Source: Octopus vulgaris (lineage: Eukaryota). Taken from it: 64,000 nucleotides of DNA. A program made the position numbers and the translations under genes. Of this stretch, positions 1-13,993 are shown piece after piece. The notes beneath the pieces are model-generated. The model was not told the DNA's origin. It searched no databases and was given only the letters and a program-made list of their open reading frames with translations. The stretch spans positions 7,006,001-7,070,000 of the forward strand of contig OX597828.1 of assembly GCA_951406725.2 (NCBI GenBank). Direction: 5' to 3'. Within the stretch, counting starts at the first letter, position 1, and every line of letters begins with the position of its first letter.

Positions 1-385
1 TAGCTTGCTTACCAACCACATGGTTCCGTGTTCAGTCCCACTGCATGACACCTTGGGCAAGTGTCTTCTACTATAGCCTCGGGCCGACCAAAGCCTTGTG
101 AGTGGATTTGGTAGACGGAAAGTGAAAGAAACCCGTCGTATATATGTATATATATATATGTGTGTGTGTGTGTGTATGTCTATGTGTCTGTGTTTGTCCA
201 CCTAGCATCGCTTGACAACCGATGCTGGTGTGTTTACATCCCCGTAACTTAGCGGTTCGGCAAAAGAGACCGATAGAATAAGTACTGGGTTTACAAAGAA
301 TAAGTCCCGGGGTCGAGTTGCACGACTAAAGGCGGTGCTCCAGCATGGCCGCTGTCAAATGACTGAAACAAGTAAAAGAGAAAAG
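1..385 (+). mobile_element. tRNA-derived SINE family A (CORE-like CCTTGGGCAAGT, internal TA/TG microsatellite), 5' end cut by window
   Basis: B-box-like GTTCAGTCCC and tail ...GACTGAAACAAGTAAAAGAG; more than ten related copies in the window. Confidence 0.9.
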
Positions 386-391
386 AGATAT

Positions 392-685
392 ATGTTGTGG
401 CACTCTGTCGGTTACGACGACACGATTTCGAGTTGATCCGAACAGCCTGCTCGTGAAATTAACGGGCAAGTAGTTCTCGGTTAGAGTCAGCGTGAGTGTG
501 AGACGGCTGGGCCTTTGAAATACAGGCGCAGTGAGAGAAAGTTGTGTTGGAAGAATACAACCGGAGTCTCGTGGAGCTTTAGCTGTTCTCGCTCAATAAA
601 CACTCTCAACGACGGGTCTGGGAATCGAAACTGCGATCCTACTACCGCAAGTCCGCTGCCCTAACCACTGGGTCATAGCGCCTCC
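392..685 (-). mobile_element. tRNA-derived SINE, family C head with an alternative tail
   Basis: Minus-strand head GGAGGCGCTATGACCCAGTGG...GTTTCGATTCCC (A/B boxes) matches the copy at 16136-16443; the 3' half is different. Confidence 0.75.
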
Positions 686-831
686 ACTGTATGTATGTAT
701 GTATGTATTATGTATGTATGTATGTATGTATATGTATATATATATATCTATACAGACAGACAGACAGACAAACAAATACATACATTCATACATACATACA
801 TACATGCATCCATACGTACGAATGTATGTAA

Positions 832-864
<33 letters not shown>

Positions 865-1032
865 GACAGACAGACACATACATACATTCATTCATACATA
901 CTTACATACGTACATACATACATACGTATGTACATACATACATACATACATGCATACATACATACATACACACACACATACATACATATGTATGTAAATG
1001 TATATGCGTATATATACGCACATGAAAACGTG

Positions 1033-1074
<42 letters not shown>

Positions 1075-1439
1075 TACACACACATACACACACATCTTAT
1101 ATATTCGTTTTCACATCCCTGTCTATAGGTAAAATTATTAATAATTTTCTTCTCTCCGAAGTGTTAAACCGAAAAGAATGATCTTTTCACAGACCAAGCA
1201 ACGAGCCATAAGCGAAAGGGGAATAACTCGTCACATAATTAAATTGGATTGTCAGCTTTTATCTATATAAATATGACCCGAGCCAACTAAACGTTCTCCG
1301 CGACTTAACGCACGATGAATGGTTCTTTTCCTTGTGTCGGTTTTCTCTTTTCTTCTTATTCATTTTCCTACTCGTCTAGCTGTTTGTCTCTATTTTGTTT
1401 ATCTGCTTCCTCGGCTGTCTGTCTGTTGGTCTCTCTCAT

Positions 1440-1505
<66 letters not shown>

Positions 1506-1554
1506 CTCTGGTGCGAACGCATCCTCCGTAAACAAATATACGAACTCATATACG

Positions 1555-1590
<36 letters not shown>

Positions 1591-1675
1591 ATATATGTAT
1601 GTATGTGTGTGTGTGTGTGTGTATATACATATATGCACGCGCACATGGTCACATAAACGCATGTATATATAAATG

Positions 1676-1731
<56 letters not shown>

Positions 1732-1877
1732 GTATGTATATATATATATGTGTGTGTGTGTGTATGTATATATATAAATATATATATACACATATATATA
1801 CATATATATATATATATATACATATATGTGTATATATATATATATATATACTGAAACAAGTAAAAGAATCAGACAAA

Positions 1878-2210
1878 ATTCTTTTACTTGTTTCAGCCAT
1901 TTGACTGTGCCCATGCTGCAGCACCGCCTTTAGTCGAGCAAATCGACACCAGGACGTATTCTTTGTAAGCCTAGTACTTATTCTATCGGCCTCTTTTGCC
2001 GAATCGCTAAGTTACGGGGACGTAAACACACCAGCATCGGTTGTTAAGCGATGTTGGGCTTCTTTCAGTTTCCGTCTATCAAATCCACTCACAAGGCTTC
2101 GGTCGCCCCGAGGCTATAGTAGAAGACACTTGCCCAAGGTACCAGTGGGACTGAACCCGGGACCATGTGATTGGTAAGCAAGATACTTACCACACACCCA
2201 CTCCTGCGCC
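1878..2210 (-). mobile_element. SINE family A, internal microsatellite deleted
   Basis: Reverse complement of the 1-385 element. Confidence 0.9.
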
Positions 2211-2215
2211 CATAA

Positions 2216-2316
<101 letters not shown>

Positions 2317-2322
2317 CATATG

Positions 2323-2369
<47 letters not shown>

Positions 2370-2426
2370 GAGTGAGTGTGTATGAATATTCACATATATA
2401 TAGACATGTGTAATATCGATTATATA

Positions 2427-2466
<40 letters not shown>

Positions 2467-2920
2467 CAAGTAAATATTCACACACACACACGCGCGCGCG
2501 CGCGCATACGTGTGTTTGTACGCACATAGACAAAAAAAAATTATGACTAAGATAATTGATTAATACGCCGGCGATGATTAGATGTATTCTCCATTAGCCA
2601 TGTATGCTGCGCGCACACACACACACGCACACAGACACCGACATATACGCACACAGGCGCGCGCGCATTCACACGTATACACAGATAAAATACACAGATG
2701 CACACATACACATTTTCATACATGTATTGATGTGTGAGTCAGTGTGGGTGTTACTTTTCGATAAATTAAGTAGATATATATATATACATACACACACACA
2801 CATACATATATATACACACACACATATATATATATACATATATATATATCTATGTATGTATATATATATATATATGTGTGTGTATGTATAAATGTATATA
2901 TATATACATATATATATATA

Positions 2921-3318
2921 GGCGTGGCTGTGTGGTAAGTAGCTAGCTAACCAACCACATGGTTCCGGGTTCAGTCCCACTGCGTGGCATCTTGGGCAAG
3001 TGTTTTCTGCTCTAGCCTCGGGCCAACCAATGCCTTGTGAGTGGATTTGGTAGACGGAAACTGAAAGAAGCCCGTCGTATATATGTATATATATGTATGC
3101 GTGTTTGCATGTGTGTTTGTGTGTCTGTGTTTGTCCCCCTAGCATTGCTTGACAACCGATGCTGGTGTGTTTACATCCCCGTCACTTAGCGGTTCGGCAA
3201 AAGAGACCGATAGAATAAGTACTGGGCTTACAAAGAATAAGTCCCGGGGTCGAGTTGCTCAACTAAAAGGCGGTGCTCTAGCATGGCCGCAGTCAAATGA
3301 CTGAAACAAGTAAAGAAA
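2921..3318 (+). mobile_element. SINE family A, full length
   Basis: GGCGTGGCTGTGTGGTAAG head, GGTTCAGTCCC B-box, CORE-like segment, tail AAACAAGTAAAG. Confidence 0.92.
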
Positions 3319-3333
3319 AATATATATACATTT

Positions 3334-3419
<86 letters not shown>

Positions 3420-3696
3420 ATATATTTATATATATATATATATCTATATATGTATAAATGTATATATATATACATATATATATATGTATATATGTATATA
3501 TATATATACACACATATATATATCTGTATATATATGTGTGTATATATGTATATATATACATATATATATGTATGTATGTGTATATATTTATATATATATG
3601 TATAAATGTATATATATATATACATATATATATGTTGTATATATGTATATATATATACATACACACACATATATATATGTATATATATATATGTGT

Positions 3697-3801
<105 letters not shown>

Positions 3802-3942
3802 AAGATAGATAGATATACATACACTCAGGCGCATACGTGATGCGCGGTACACACACACACACACACACACATACACACACTCACACACACTCACACATAT
3901 GTATGTGGACATGTATATGTGCTTTTATATATAACTGCATCA

Positions 3943-4155
3943 GCGGTTTGCTGTGTGGTAAGAAGCTTGCGTCCCAACGACATGGTTCCGAGTTCAGTCC
4001 CACTGCCTGACACCCTGGGCAAGTGTCTTCTACTATAACCTCGAGTCAACCAAACACTTGTCAGTGGATTTCGTAGACGGAAACTAAGAGAAGCCCGCCA
4101 TATTTTTATTTTGTGTGTGTGTGTGTATGTGAGTGTGTTTGCCTGTGTGTGACCG
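3943..4155 (+). mobile_element. SINE family A, 5' half
   Basis: Aligns to the head of 2921-3318. Confidence 0.85.
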
Positions 4156-4182
4156 TGTGTATATATATCTATCTATCTATCA

Positions 4183-4220
<38 letters not shown>

Positions 4221-4255
4221 ACATAGGGAGAGAGATACACACACACACACACACT

Positions 4256-4297
<42 letters not shown>

Positions 4298-4304
<7 letters not shown>

Positions 4305-4412
4305 ATCACGTGACTGACCAGACCATCAGATGTTGCTACACATCGCTGGTCACAATGCGTTCGCATTGTTTTAGCCTTCGAATGACGCCACCCCAATGGC
4401 TAAGCGAGCAGG

Positions 4413-4415
<3 letters not shown>
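4298..4415 (-). mobile_element. SINE family C 3' fragment inside (TA)n
   Basis: Matches 16136-16255; ends in TCACGTGATCACGTGA. Confidence 0.8.
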
Positions 4416-4511
<96 letters not shown>

Positions 4512-4948
4512 TTATATATATATATATATACATACATATATACATACATATATACATACATATATACATATATGTATATATGTGTATATATGTCTGCTAT
4601 TATAATTAGATGCGTACATGCAGACGTACGTGTGTATGCATGTATGGGTGCGGGTGTGTTTCTGTTTTAACTTTTCTTCCGCTGAAAATCGTGCCATCTT
4701 ACCACCTTATCTACTTTTCGCAACGAATCTAATAATCGCTGCTTGCTTAAATCTCACACACGTAATTTATCTTACGTCTACACAAACACACACACACACA
4801 CACACACCCAAACACACGCACACACATACATGCACACACGCACGCACACGTGCACACGCGCACACACATATACAAGCACATGCACACGCATATATATATA
4901 TATACAATGCATGTATATATATACAGCTATATATATTATGTATATAAT

Positions 4949-5080
4949 TGCCTTTCATCCTTTCGGGGTCGATAAATTAAGTACCAGTTACGCACTGGGG
5001 TCGATGTAATCGACTTAATCCGTTTGTCTGTCCTTGTTTGTCCTCTCTGTGTTTAGCCCCTTGTGGGTAGTAAAGAAATA
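4949..5080 (+). mobile_element. SINE family B (Meta/MESC-like central domain), 3' half
   Basis: GCCTTTCATCCTTTCGGGGTCGATAAATTAAGTACCAG..., essentially identical to 11969-12100. Confidence 0.9.
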
Positions 5081-5092
5081 CATATATATTAA

Positions 5093-5219
<127 letters not shown>

Positions 5220-5250
5220 AGTAATATATATTATAATTATTTTTATTTTA

Positions 5251-5311
<61 letters not shown>

Positions 5312-5595
5312 AGTGTGTGTGTGTGTGTGTGTGTATGTGTGTGTGTGTCTCTCTCTCTCTCTCCCTATGTATATATATATATATATGTATGTGCGTGTGT
5401 GTGTATGTATATATTATAAATACATGTTTGATAAACTCCTAGAAAATGCACAAATACATATATACACAGATAGGTGTGTTGATAGACACTTAGATACATA
5501 TGTGTTTGCGTGTGTCTATACAAAAATTGATATAAAAACACTTATGTGCTTGTCGGGTGTGTGTGTGTATGTGTGTGTGTATATATGTGTGTACT

Positions 5596-5626
<31 letters not shown>

Positions 5627-5755
5627 GCGTAGGTCAATTTTTGCGTTTACCATGCGTAAGATTTCATATAAATGCATGCATTTATGTGTGTGTGTGTATG
5701 TATAAAGAAAGATAGATAGATAGATAGATTTTACATATAAACGTATGTATGTGTG

Positions 5756-5793
<38 letters not shown>

Positions 5794-5917
5794 TATGTAT
5801 ATATGTACATATATATATACATATGTATATATATATATACATGTGTATATATATATATATATATATACATATATATGCATATTAGAAGGTTTATGTATAT
5901 ATATATATATATAGAAG

Positions 5918-5958
<41 letters not shown>

Positions 5959-6447
5959 ATGTATGCATGTGTGTATGTATGCATATTTCTATATAAGTAT
6001 AATTATGATTTCGCTCCTGCTTGCGAAGTGTACACATGCGCGCGCGCGTGTAAATGCGTGTGTATATGTGTATATGGATGTGCGTGTGTGTTTATGTATA
6101 TCTATATCCTTATATGTGTTTATGCGTGTGTTCTTATGTTTATATGTATGTATGTGTGTATGTATGTATGTATGTATGTGTCTGGATGTATGTATGTATG
6201 AATGTATGTATGTATGCATGTGTGTATGTATGTATGTATGTATGTATGTATGCATGTATGTATGTATGTATGTGTCTGAATGTGTATGTGTGTGTTTATG
6301 AGTGTGTGGATGTGTATATGTAGTTGTGTGTATGAGGCAGAGACAGACAGACAGACAGACAGATAGAGTGAGCGTGTGCGAGAGAGAATGTGTGTGTGTA
6401 TGAGAGCGAAAGAGAATGAGAGTGAAAGAGAGTGTGAGAGTGAGTGC

Positions 6448-6497
<50 letters not shown>

Positions 6498-7026
6498 TTG
6501 TAGACTTTTCGCTTTTTGGGGGTTTTTTTGTTTGTTTGTTTTTTTTTTTTGTTCTTTTGTAAATATCCGGAGGTTTTTAACAGATAATCCTTCTAGAATG
6601 TTTTTAAGTTCTGTGACGAATTCCAGTTGCAAACTGGGTGTCACCCCTGCCAGACCATCTCCGCACACTCACACGGGCCCTGACTGGTTGACGTTTTTAA
6701 GGAAGCACATCGACGAAGAACTGAATTAAAAGTTCACTTCAATCGCTGCCAGAGAGACGGCAGCAACGTCTTCATCTCACTTTGCCTCGGTCTATAAAGT
6801 CTACATGTCTATATATCTCTCTACCTCTTTCTTTCTCCCTCTTCCCCCCTCTCTCTCTCTCTCTCTTTCTCTCTTTCTGTGCACGCATCTTCCCGTGCTT
6901 TGCTCTCCTTCTTTTTTTCCTTTTCTTACCACCGACCTTATTTAACCTCTCTCGCCGTCTCCAGCGCCGACATCACGTCACTTGTTCCTAAACGTAAATA
7001 TACACATCACTTGCATCATCAGCGAT

Positions 7027-7227
7027 AGCAGCAGCAGTAGCAGTAGCAGCAGCAGCAGAGGTGGCAGCAACGGCAGCAACGGCAGCAACGGCAGCAGCGG
7101 CAGCAGCAGCACTAACGGCAGAATTAGCAGCAGCAGCAGAAACAGTAGCAGTAACAGCAATACCAGCAACTTCACACCACCATCGTCGACATCATCATCA
7201 TCATCATCATCATCACCATCACCATCA

Positions 7228-7280
<53 letters not shown>

Positions 7281-7307
7281 CCATCATCACCATCACCATC
7301 ACCATCA

Positions 7308-7342
<35 letters not shown>

Positions 7343-7372
7343 CCATCATCACCATCATCACCATCACCATCA

Positions 7373-7407
<35 letters not shown>

Positions 7408-7437
7408 CCATCATCACCATCATCACCATCACCATCA

Positions 7438-7475
<38 letters not shown>

Positions 7476-7614
7476 CCATCATCACCATCATCACCATCAC
7501 CATCACATCATCCTTATCATCATCATCCTCATCATCATCATCATCATAACCATCACCATCACATCATCATCATCATCATCATCATCATCACCATCACCAT
7601 CACCATCACCATCA

Positions 7615-7664
<50 letters not shown>

Positions 7665-7685
7665 CCATCATCACCATCACCATCA

Positions 7686-7717
<32 letters not shown>

Positions 7718-7772
7718 CCATCACCATCACCATCACCATCACATCATCATCATCATCATCATCATCATCCTT

Positions 7773-7812
<40 letters not shown>

Positions 7813-7824
7813 CCATCACCATCA

Positions 7825-7865
<41 letters not shown>

Positions 7866-7898
7866 CCATCATCACCATCACCATCACCATCACCATCA

Positions 7899-7930
<32 letters not shown>

Positions 7931-7936
7931 CCATCA

Positions 7937-7996
<60 letters not shown>

Positions 7997-10900
7997 TATA
8001 ATCATCTTCATTCACGTCGTCACCATCGCCATGATCAACATTATTATCATCATCACCTCTACCATCATCACCACCACCACCACCACCACCACCATCACCA
8101 TCAACAGCATCATCATAATTATCATCATAATTGTTATCGTCTTCATCTACGTCGTCACATTTGTCACCATCTTCATCATCATCATCACAACCACCACCAC
8201 CACCATCGTCGTCGTCGTCGTCGTCATCATCAACGACATCGTCATCATCACCATCGCCATAGACATCATCATCTTTTTCGTCGTGGTCGCCGTTGTCGTC
8301 GTCATTTTCCCCTTCCGCCTCCTCCTCCTGCTCTTCATCATCATCACCATCACCACCAACAAACAACTACTATCATCACCTCCATCATTATCATCACCAT
8401 CTTTCTCATCCCACGCAACCACCATCCGACGCCGCTATCTTTTATAATCACATTCATCAGCTGCACAACCACCACCGCCACCACCATCAATACCACCACC
8501 ACCACCACCACCTCCACAACCACCACCACCATCAATACCACCTCCACAACCACCACCACCACCACCACCACCACCTCCACAACCACCACCACCATCAATA
8601 CCACCACCTCCACAACCACCACCACCACCACCACCACCTCCACCACCACCACCACCATCAATACTACCACCATCTCCACAACCATCACCACCGCCACCAC
8701 CTCCACAACCACCACCACCACCACCACCACCACCTCCACAACCACCACCACCACCACCTCCACAACCACCACCTCCACAACCACCACCACCATCAATACC
8801 ACCACCATCTACACAACCACCACCACCACCACCACCTCCACAACCACCACCACCACCACCTCCACAACCACCACCACCACCACCTCCACAACCACCACCA
8901 CCATCAATACCACCACCATCTCCACAACCACCACCACCACCACCACCTCCACAACCACCACCACCACCACTGCCATCAAAAGCGGCAATACAATCATAGA
9001 AGTATTAATCGATCTGTTAGAAATAGCAGCTATATATCCCTCAAATCACACGATGCCGTCTAAAAGGGCGGAGGGACGAAGTCTCGGATGCACAAAACAC
9101 ACAGAAAAGAAAATGAGATTTTTTTTTTTAAATATAGAAGTGAAGAAGCTGAGATCACAAGTCTATTCAACCGGAACGGACTTAAGACTGAACAACAACT
9201 ACAACAACAATAACAACAATATTAATGTTACCATCATCCTCTCCGCCAACGCACGGCTATTACATACCATTATCACCACCACCATCACCATCACCACCAC
9301 CACCATCATCATCACCACCACCACCAACAACACCATCGTCACCACCATCACCAACACCATTATCATCACCACCACCACCCACCACCACCACCCACCATCA
9401 CCACCGCACCACCACCATCACCACCACCAACCATCACCGCCTCCATCACCACCACCACCACCATCATCATCATTACCACTACCATCCCCACCACCACCCA
9501 CCACCACCCACCACCACCACCATCACCACCACCAACCATCACCGCCTCCATCACCACCACCACCACCACCATCTTCATCATTACCACTACCATCCCCACC
9601 ACCACCCACCACCATCACCACCACCACCATCTTCATCATTACTACTACCATCCCCACCACCACCCACCACCACCACCCATCACCACCACCGCACCACCAC
9701 CATCACCACCACCACCACTAATACTGGCATTAATATCATCATCACCATCAACATTCCATCGTTCTCTCCTCCATCACCCATCCCCCATCTCCCCGCTCCT
9801 CTTATGACCACTGCTGCCAACAACAACAGCAACAATAACACCACCGCCAATAACAACATCACCACCATTATAAACCATTTCCATTATCATCGCCATCTTC
9901 CAGCATCATCACCATCACCTTCATCACAACCACCACCACCATCATCATAGTCATGTACACAACCATCAGCAGAAGGATACGTTCCACTATCACTACCACC
10001 ACCATTCTCCTTCTCCACTTTCTATTCCTCCTTCTCCTCCTTCTCCTCCTCTTCCTCTTCCTTCTCCTCTTCCTCCTCCTCTTCATCATCGTCATCGTCA
10101 TCATCGTCGTCGTCAGCAGTAGCAATAGAGTTACCATTAGAACCATGTCAGTTACACCATCAACAGCACCACCGTCGCCGCCACTATCTCCATCACGTCA
10201 GGCATCATCATCATCATCATCAGTAGTAACTGTACCACCACCACCACCACCACCAGCCTCCGCCAACATTATAACAATGTCAATCAGACCTACCACACAC
10301 CCCGATGTACTACCATTTCTATTATCATCATCATCATCCTCATCATCCTCATCATCATCATCATCATCATCTACACCACTGCCATCATCACCATCATCAT
10401 AACTAGCGCAACAACCTCTGCCGCCATCATCATCACCATCGTCGTCGTCATCACCATCAACAACAACAGCAACATCACTTTAATAATAATCATCATCATC
10501 ATCATTAGAATCTTCATCATCATAGTCGAGTCAATCAGACTTCCCCACCACCACCACCACCTCCACCACCACCACCATCAACATCTCCAGCGCCACCGCC
10601 TCTATTAATCATCGTCATTGTCATAATCTGTATCAACACCACCATCACCACCACCACCAATACCACCACCAACACAAACACCACGCTCAACCTCTATCAT
10701 CGACACCGCTGCCATCGCCACCACCGCCACCAGCATCACCAACACCGCCGCACCATCACCAGCGCAACTGCCACAACCATCACCACCACCACCACCACCA
10801 CCACCACCACCACCACCACCACCTCCACCACCACCACCACCACCACCACCACCACCACCACCACCTCTTACACCGCTCCCGTCGCCATAGGCATCGCCAT

Positions 10901-11280
10901 ACCCCACCACCCACTATTATAAAATACTTGCAGCATTACTTCCTACAGCGGCAGCAGCAGAGGCAGCAGCAGAGGCAGCAGCAGCGGCAGCAGCAGCGGC
11001 AGCAGCAGCGGTGAGATGCTAAACGCTAGTAATGTCACGTGATCCATCTACTCAGGCAAAGGAAACACGCTAAGCTATATACCATCGCCCCCCCCCCCCC
11101 CCCCCTTCCAATCCCCATCAACTTTCCCTCCAGTGCCTCCGCCGCCCGCTTCCTCTATCAACCCATCCACCACCACCACCAGCACCACTAAATAGCACCA
11201 TCGCCGCCACCGGCAGCAGCACCACCACCATCAACCTTACACAATACTATTACCATCACCACCGCCTCACACCGACACTG
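7027..11280. repeat. Trinucleotide repeat field: (CAG)n, (CAT)n, (CAC)n, (CTC)n with higher-order units
   Basis: Directly visible; produces the poly-S/H/I/P/T/G pseudo-ORFs. Confidence 0.95.
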
Positions 11281-11381
11281 CCACCCATTCCTCCCCCCAA
11301 CCCAATCTCTCCAATCTGTTCTAAAATTCCAGCAATTTCAACGATCTTTGTGTACTATTCTTGGTTCTTTTTTTCCACTTC

Positions 11382-11439
<58 letters not shown>

Positions 11440-11465
11440 TCTCTCTCTTTCCTTGTTCCCCTCAC

Positions 11466-11603
11466 CTGCTTGTACAATCTTCCGCTTTTCGTCTTGAAGA
11501 TGCTACTGGATAAGTCGCTAGGGTTTAACGTGGATACTGAAAGTGTGCCATGGAAAGATAGTTTTAACGTTTCCGCTACAACATTTTCTTCACTGAAATT
11601 CAT
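11466..11603 (-). CDS. Putative orphan first coding exon (46 aa, MNFSEENVVAETLKLSFHGTLSVSTLNPSDLSSSIFKTKSGRLYKQ), gene unknown
   Basis: ATG-initiated, non-repetitive reading frame ending exactly at a consensus donor CAG|GTGAG (phase 0), followed by (GA)n. No recognisable homology. Confidence 0.3.
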
Positions 11604-11869
11604 TCAAATGATTTTTCTTTCCCCAACATAGACCACCACTCCATTCATCCATCCACAGCGTCAGAATATTGTAGGTGGCCGTCTGCTTCAACAGGGGGCA
11701 ACCTACCTTCTTTCTGGGCATAGTTGGTGACTTACCTGCGAGAGGCTTTTTTGCTATTTATAACTTACTGAATCTCATGGAAGAAGAAGCACCCAAATCG
11801 TTCACAAGCCGTCCTTAATCAGTTAGATTGAAACCATCAACGTTCCACTTAAACGGTTGTAACTCAAAA

Positions 11870-12100
11870 GGTGGCGAGCTGGCAGAATCGTTAGCACGCC
11901 GGGCGAAATGCGTAGCCGTATTTCGTCTGCCGTTACGTTCTGAGTGCAAATTCCGCCAAGGTCGACTTTGCCTTTCATCCTTTCGGGGTCGATAAATTAA
12001 GTACCAGTTACGCACTGGGGTCGATGTAATCGACTTAATCCGTTTGTCTGTCCTTGTTTGTCCTCTCTGTGTTTAGCCCCTTGTGGGTAGTAAAGAAATA
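11870..12100 (+). mobile_element. SINE family B, full length with TSD
   Basis: tRNA-like head and Meta-like domain; TSD GGTTGTAACTCAA (11855-11867) / GGTTGTGACTCAA (12101-12113). Confidence 0.92.
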
Positions 12101-12789
12101 GGTTGTGACTCAATAGCAGAGGGAAATATATGAGCAGAGAGGGAGGTCAAGAGGAACGACTTTTTGGCTGGGAACCAATTTGGTATCATAGTTGTTGTGG
12201 TGTCTGGCGGGTTGGACGTAATATAGAAGATGACAGAAAAGACGAGTGGGTCGAGGAGGGCTCAAGTGGAGCGGGAACGAAAGCAGGCAGCTCCAAGGAA
12301 CAGAGGCCATCTTTCGTAACGCTCATAAACGTTAAGAGAAGAGATAACACGTCTATGAGTAAATGGCTGGAGTGTGTCTGTGAGTGACATTTTGCCTTCG
12401 ATTTATTATCATCAGTGTCAACATCCCATCGTTCCCTCCTCCATCAGCTATCACATTCACCACCCACCCTACCCCGTTTTACAGACACAGGGCCGATATA
12501 ATGTTTGACACCCTGTCTGTGTTCTGATTACTAATGCATTGCTCAAGACTGAATATATACCAATTATACACATGAAACTTATTTACAACTACACTGGGAC
12601 AAAGCTTCTCTTCCAATGGGAACCATTTCATTATGGGAACCTTTTCATTTCACTTATGTTATAGAATGTCTTTCGATTACTAATTTCTCGTGCATGGCCG
12701 CAGTGCTAGCCAAACTAACGGGTTTCTCAGACCACGATTCGTAAGTGTAATTTTCCTGCGAAGTGAGAAGGAATCCAAACTAGATGTAT

Positions 12790-12953
12790 GCGTAGGAGTG
12801 GCTGTGTGATAAGTAGCTTGCTTACGAACCACATGGTTCCGGGTTCAGTCCCACAGCGTGGAACCTTCGGCAAGTGTCTTCTACTATAGCCTCGGGCCGA
12901 CCAAAGCCCTGTGAGTGGATTTGGTAGACAGAAACTGAAAGAAGCCTGACGTA

Positions 12954-12997
<44 letters not shown>

Positions 12998-13520
12998 AGT
13001 CAACAACGGCTTCTCCTGTCCTCGTAAGCCGTTCTTCAGAATGCGTTCAAATGAATTTTTCCACCGTCTAGGCTTAATAACGCCCTTATTGTTGGTTTCT
13101 CCTTGTCCTGTCTTTTACTATTTTTATCTTTATTTGTACTGTTTTTTCTTTATTTGTATTGCTTTTACTGTCCTGTTCTTGTCACCTTTTTTTACCCCTC
13201 CGCAATTTTTTTTTTTTAATTCGCTTTGCGGGAAGGACTGTTTCAAGTAGTGGTGTTCTGCCCTTACCTTCGAAACACGCATTGAGACGAAACTGGGGCA
13301 GCTGAAGAAGGGGAATATTCCTTGTGTTGTATGTCATGTACTCTGTTTTTTCGTTGTTAAAAAAAAGTCCGTTTCCTTGTTTTGTTTTTATGTTTTCGTT
13401 TCTCGTTGTGTTCTACATTTTTTTTGTGGTGTCCTGTACCCATATATGCATGTATATATACATATAGATGTAGGTATGTACATATATGTATGTATGCATA
13501 TGTTTTATTTATTAAATTGT

Positions 13521-13562
<42 letters not shown>

Positions 13563-13805
13563 GTATGCATGTATGTATGCATGTATGTATGTGTGTGTAT
13601 ATGTTTGTGTCTGTGTTTGTCCCCCCAACATCAGTTGACAACCGATGCTGGTGTGTTTACGTCCCAGTAACTTAGCGGTTCGGCAAAAGAGACCGATAGA
13701 TTAAGTACTAGGCTTACAAAGAATAAGTCCTGGGTCGATTTGCTCGACTAAAGGCGGTGCTCCAGCATGGCCACAGTCAAATGACTGAAACAAGAGAGTA
13801 AAGAG
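12790..13805 (+). mobile_element. SINE family A split by a ~520-bp insertion in its internal (TA)n
   Basis: Head 12790-12960 and tail 13600-13805 are both colinear with 2921-3318. Confidence 0.9.
12998..13525 (+). mobile_element. Unclassified T-rich insertion, possibly a retroelement 3' end
   Basis: Interrupts a SINE, is flanked by (TA)n on both sides and contains several hairpins; class inferred only. Confidence 0.5.
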
Positions 13806-13809
13806 TATA

Positions 13810-13886
<77 letters not shown>

Positions 13887-13933
13887 ATATATATATATAC
13901 ATATACATATATATATCTATATCTATCTATCTA

Positions 13934-13993
<60 letters not shown>

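Noticed and set aside
6982-10910. Long His/Ser/Pro/Thr/Gly-rich ORFs (339, 256, 241, 222 aa)
   Set aside because: Trinucleotide repeats with periodic frame slips; no domain or splice structure.
13255-13325. Hammerhead-like GTT-stem(CTGCCCT/GGGGCAG)-CTGAAGA-hairpin
   Set aside because: No GAAA core strand or stem III in the required position.
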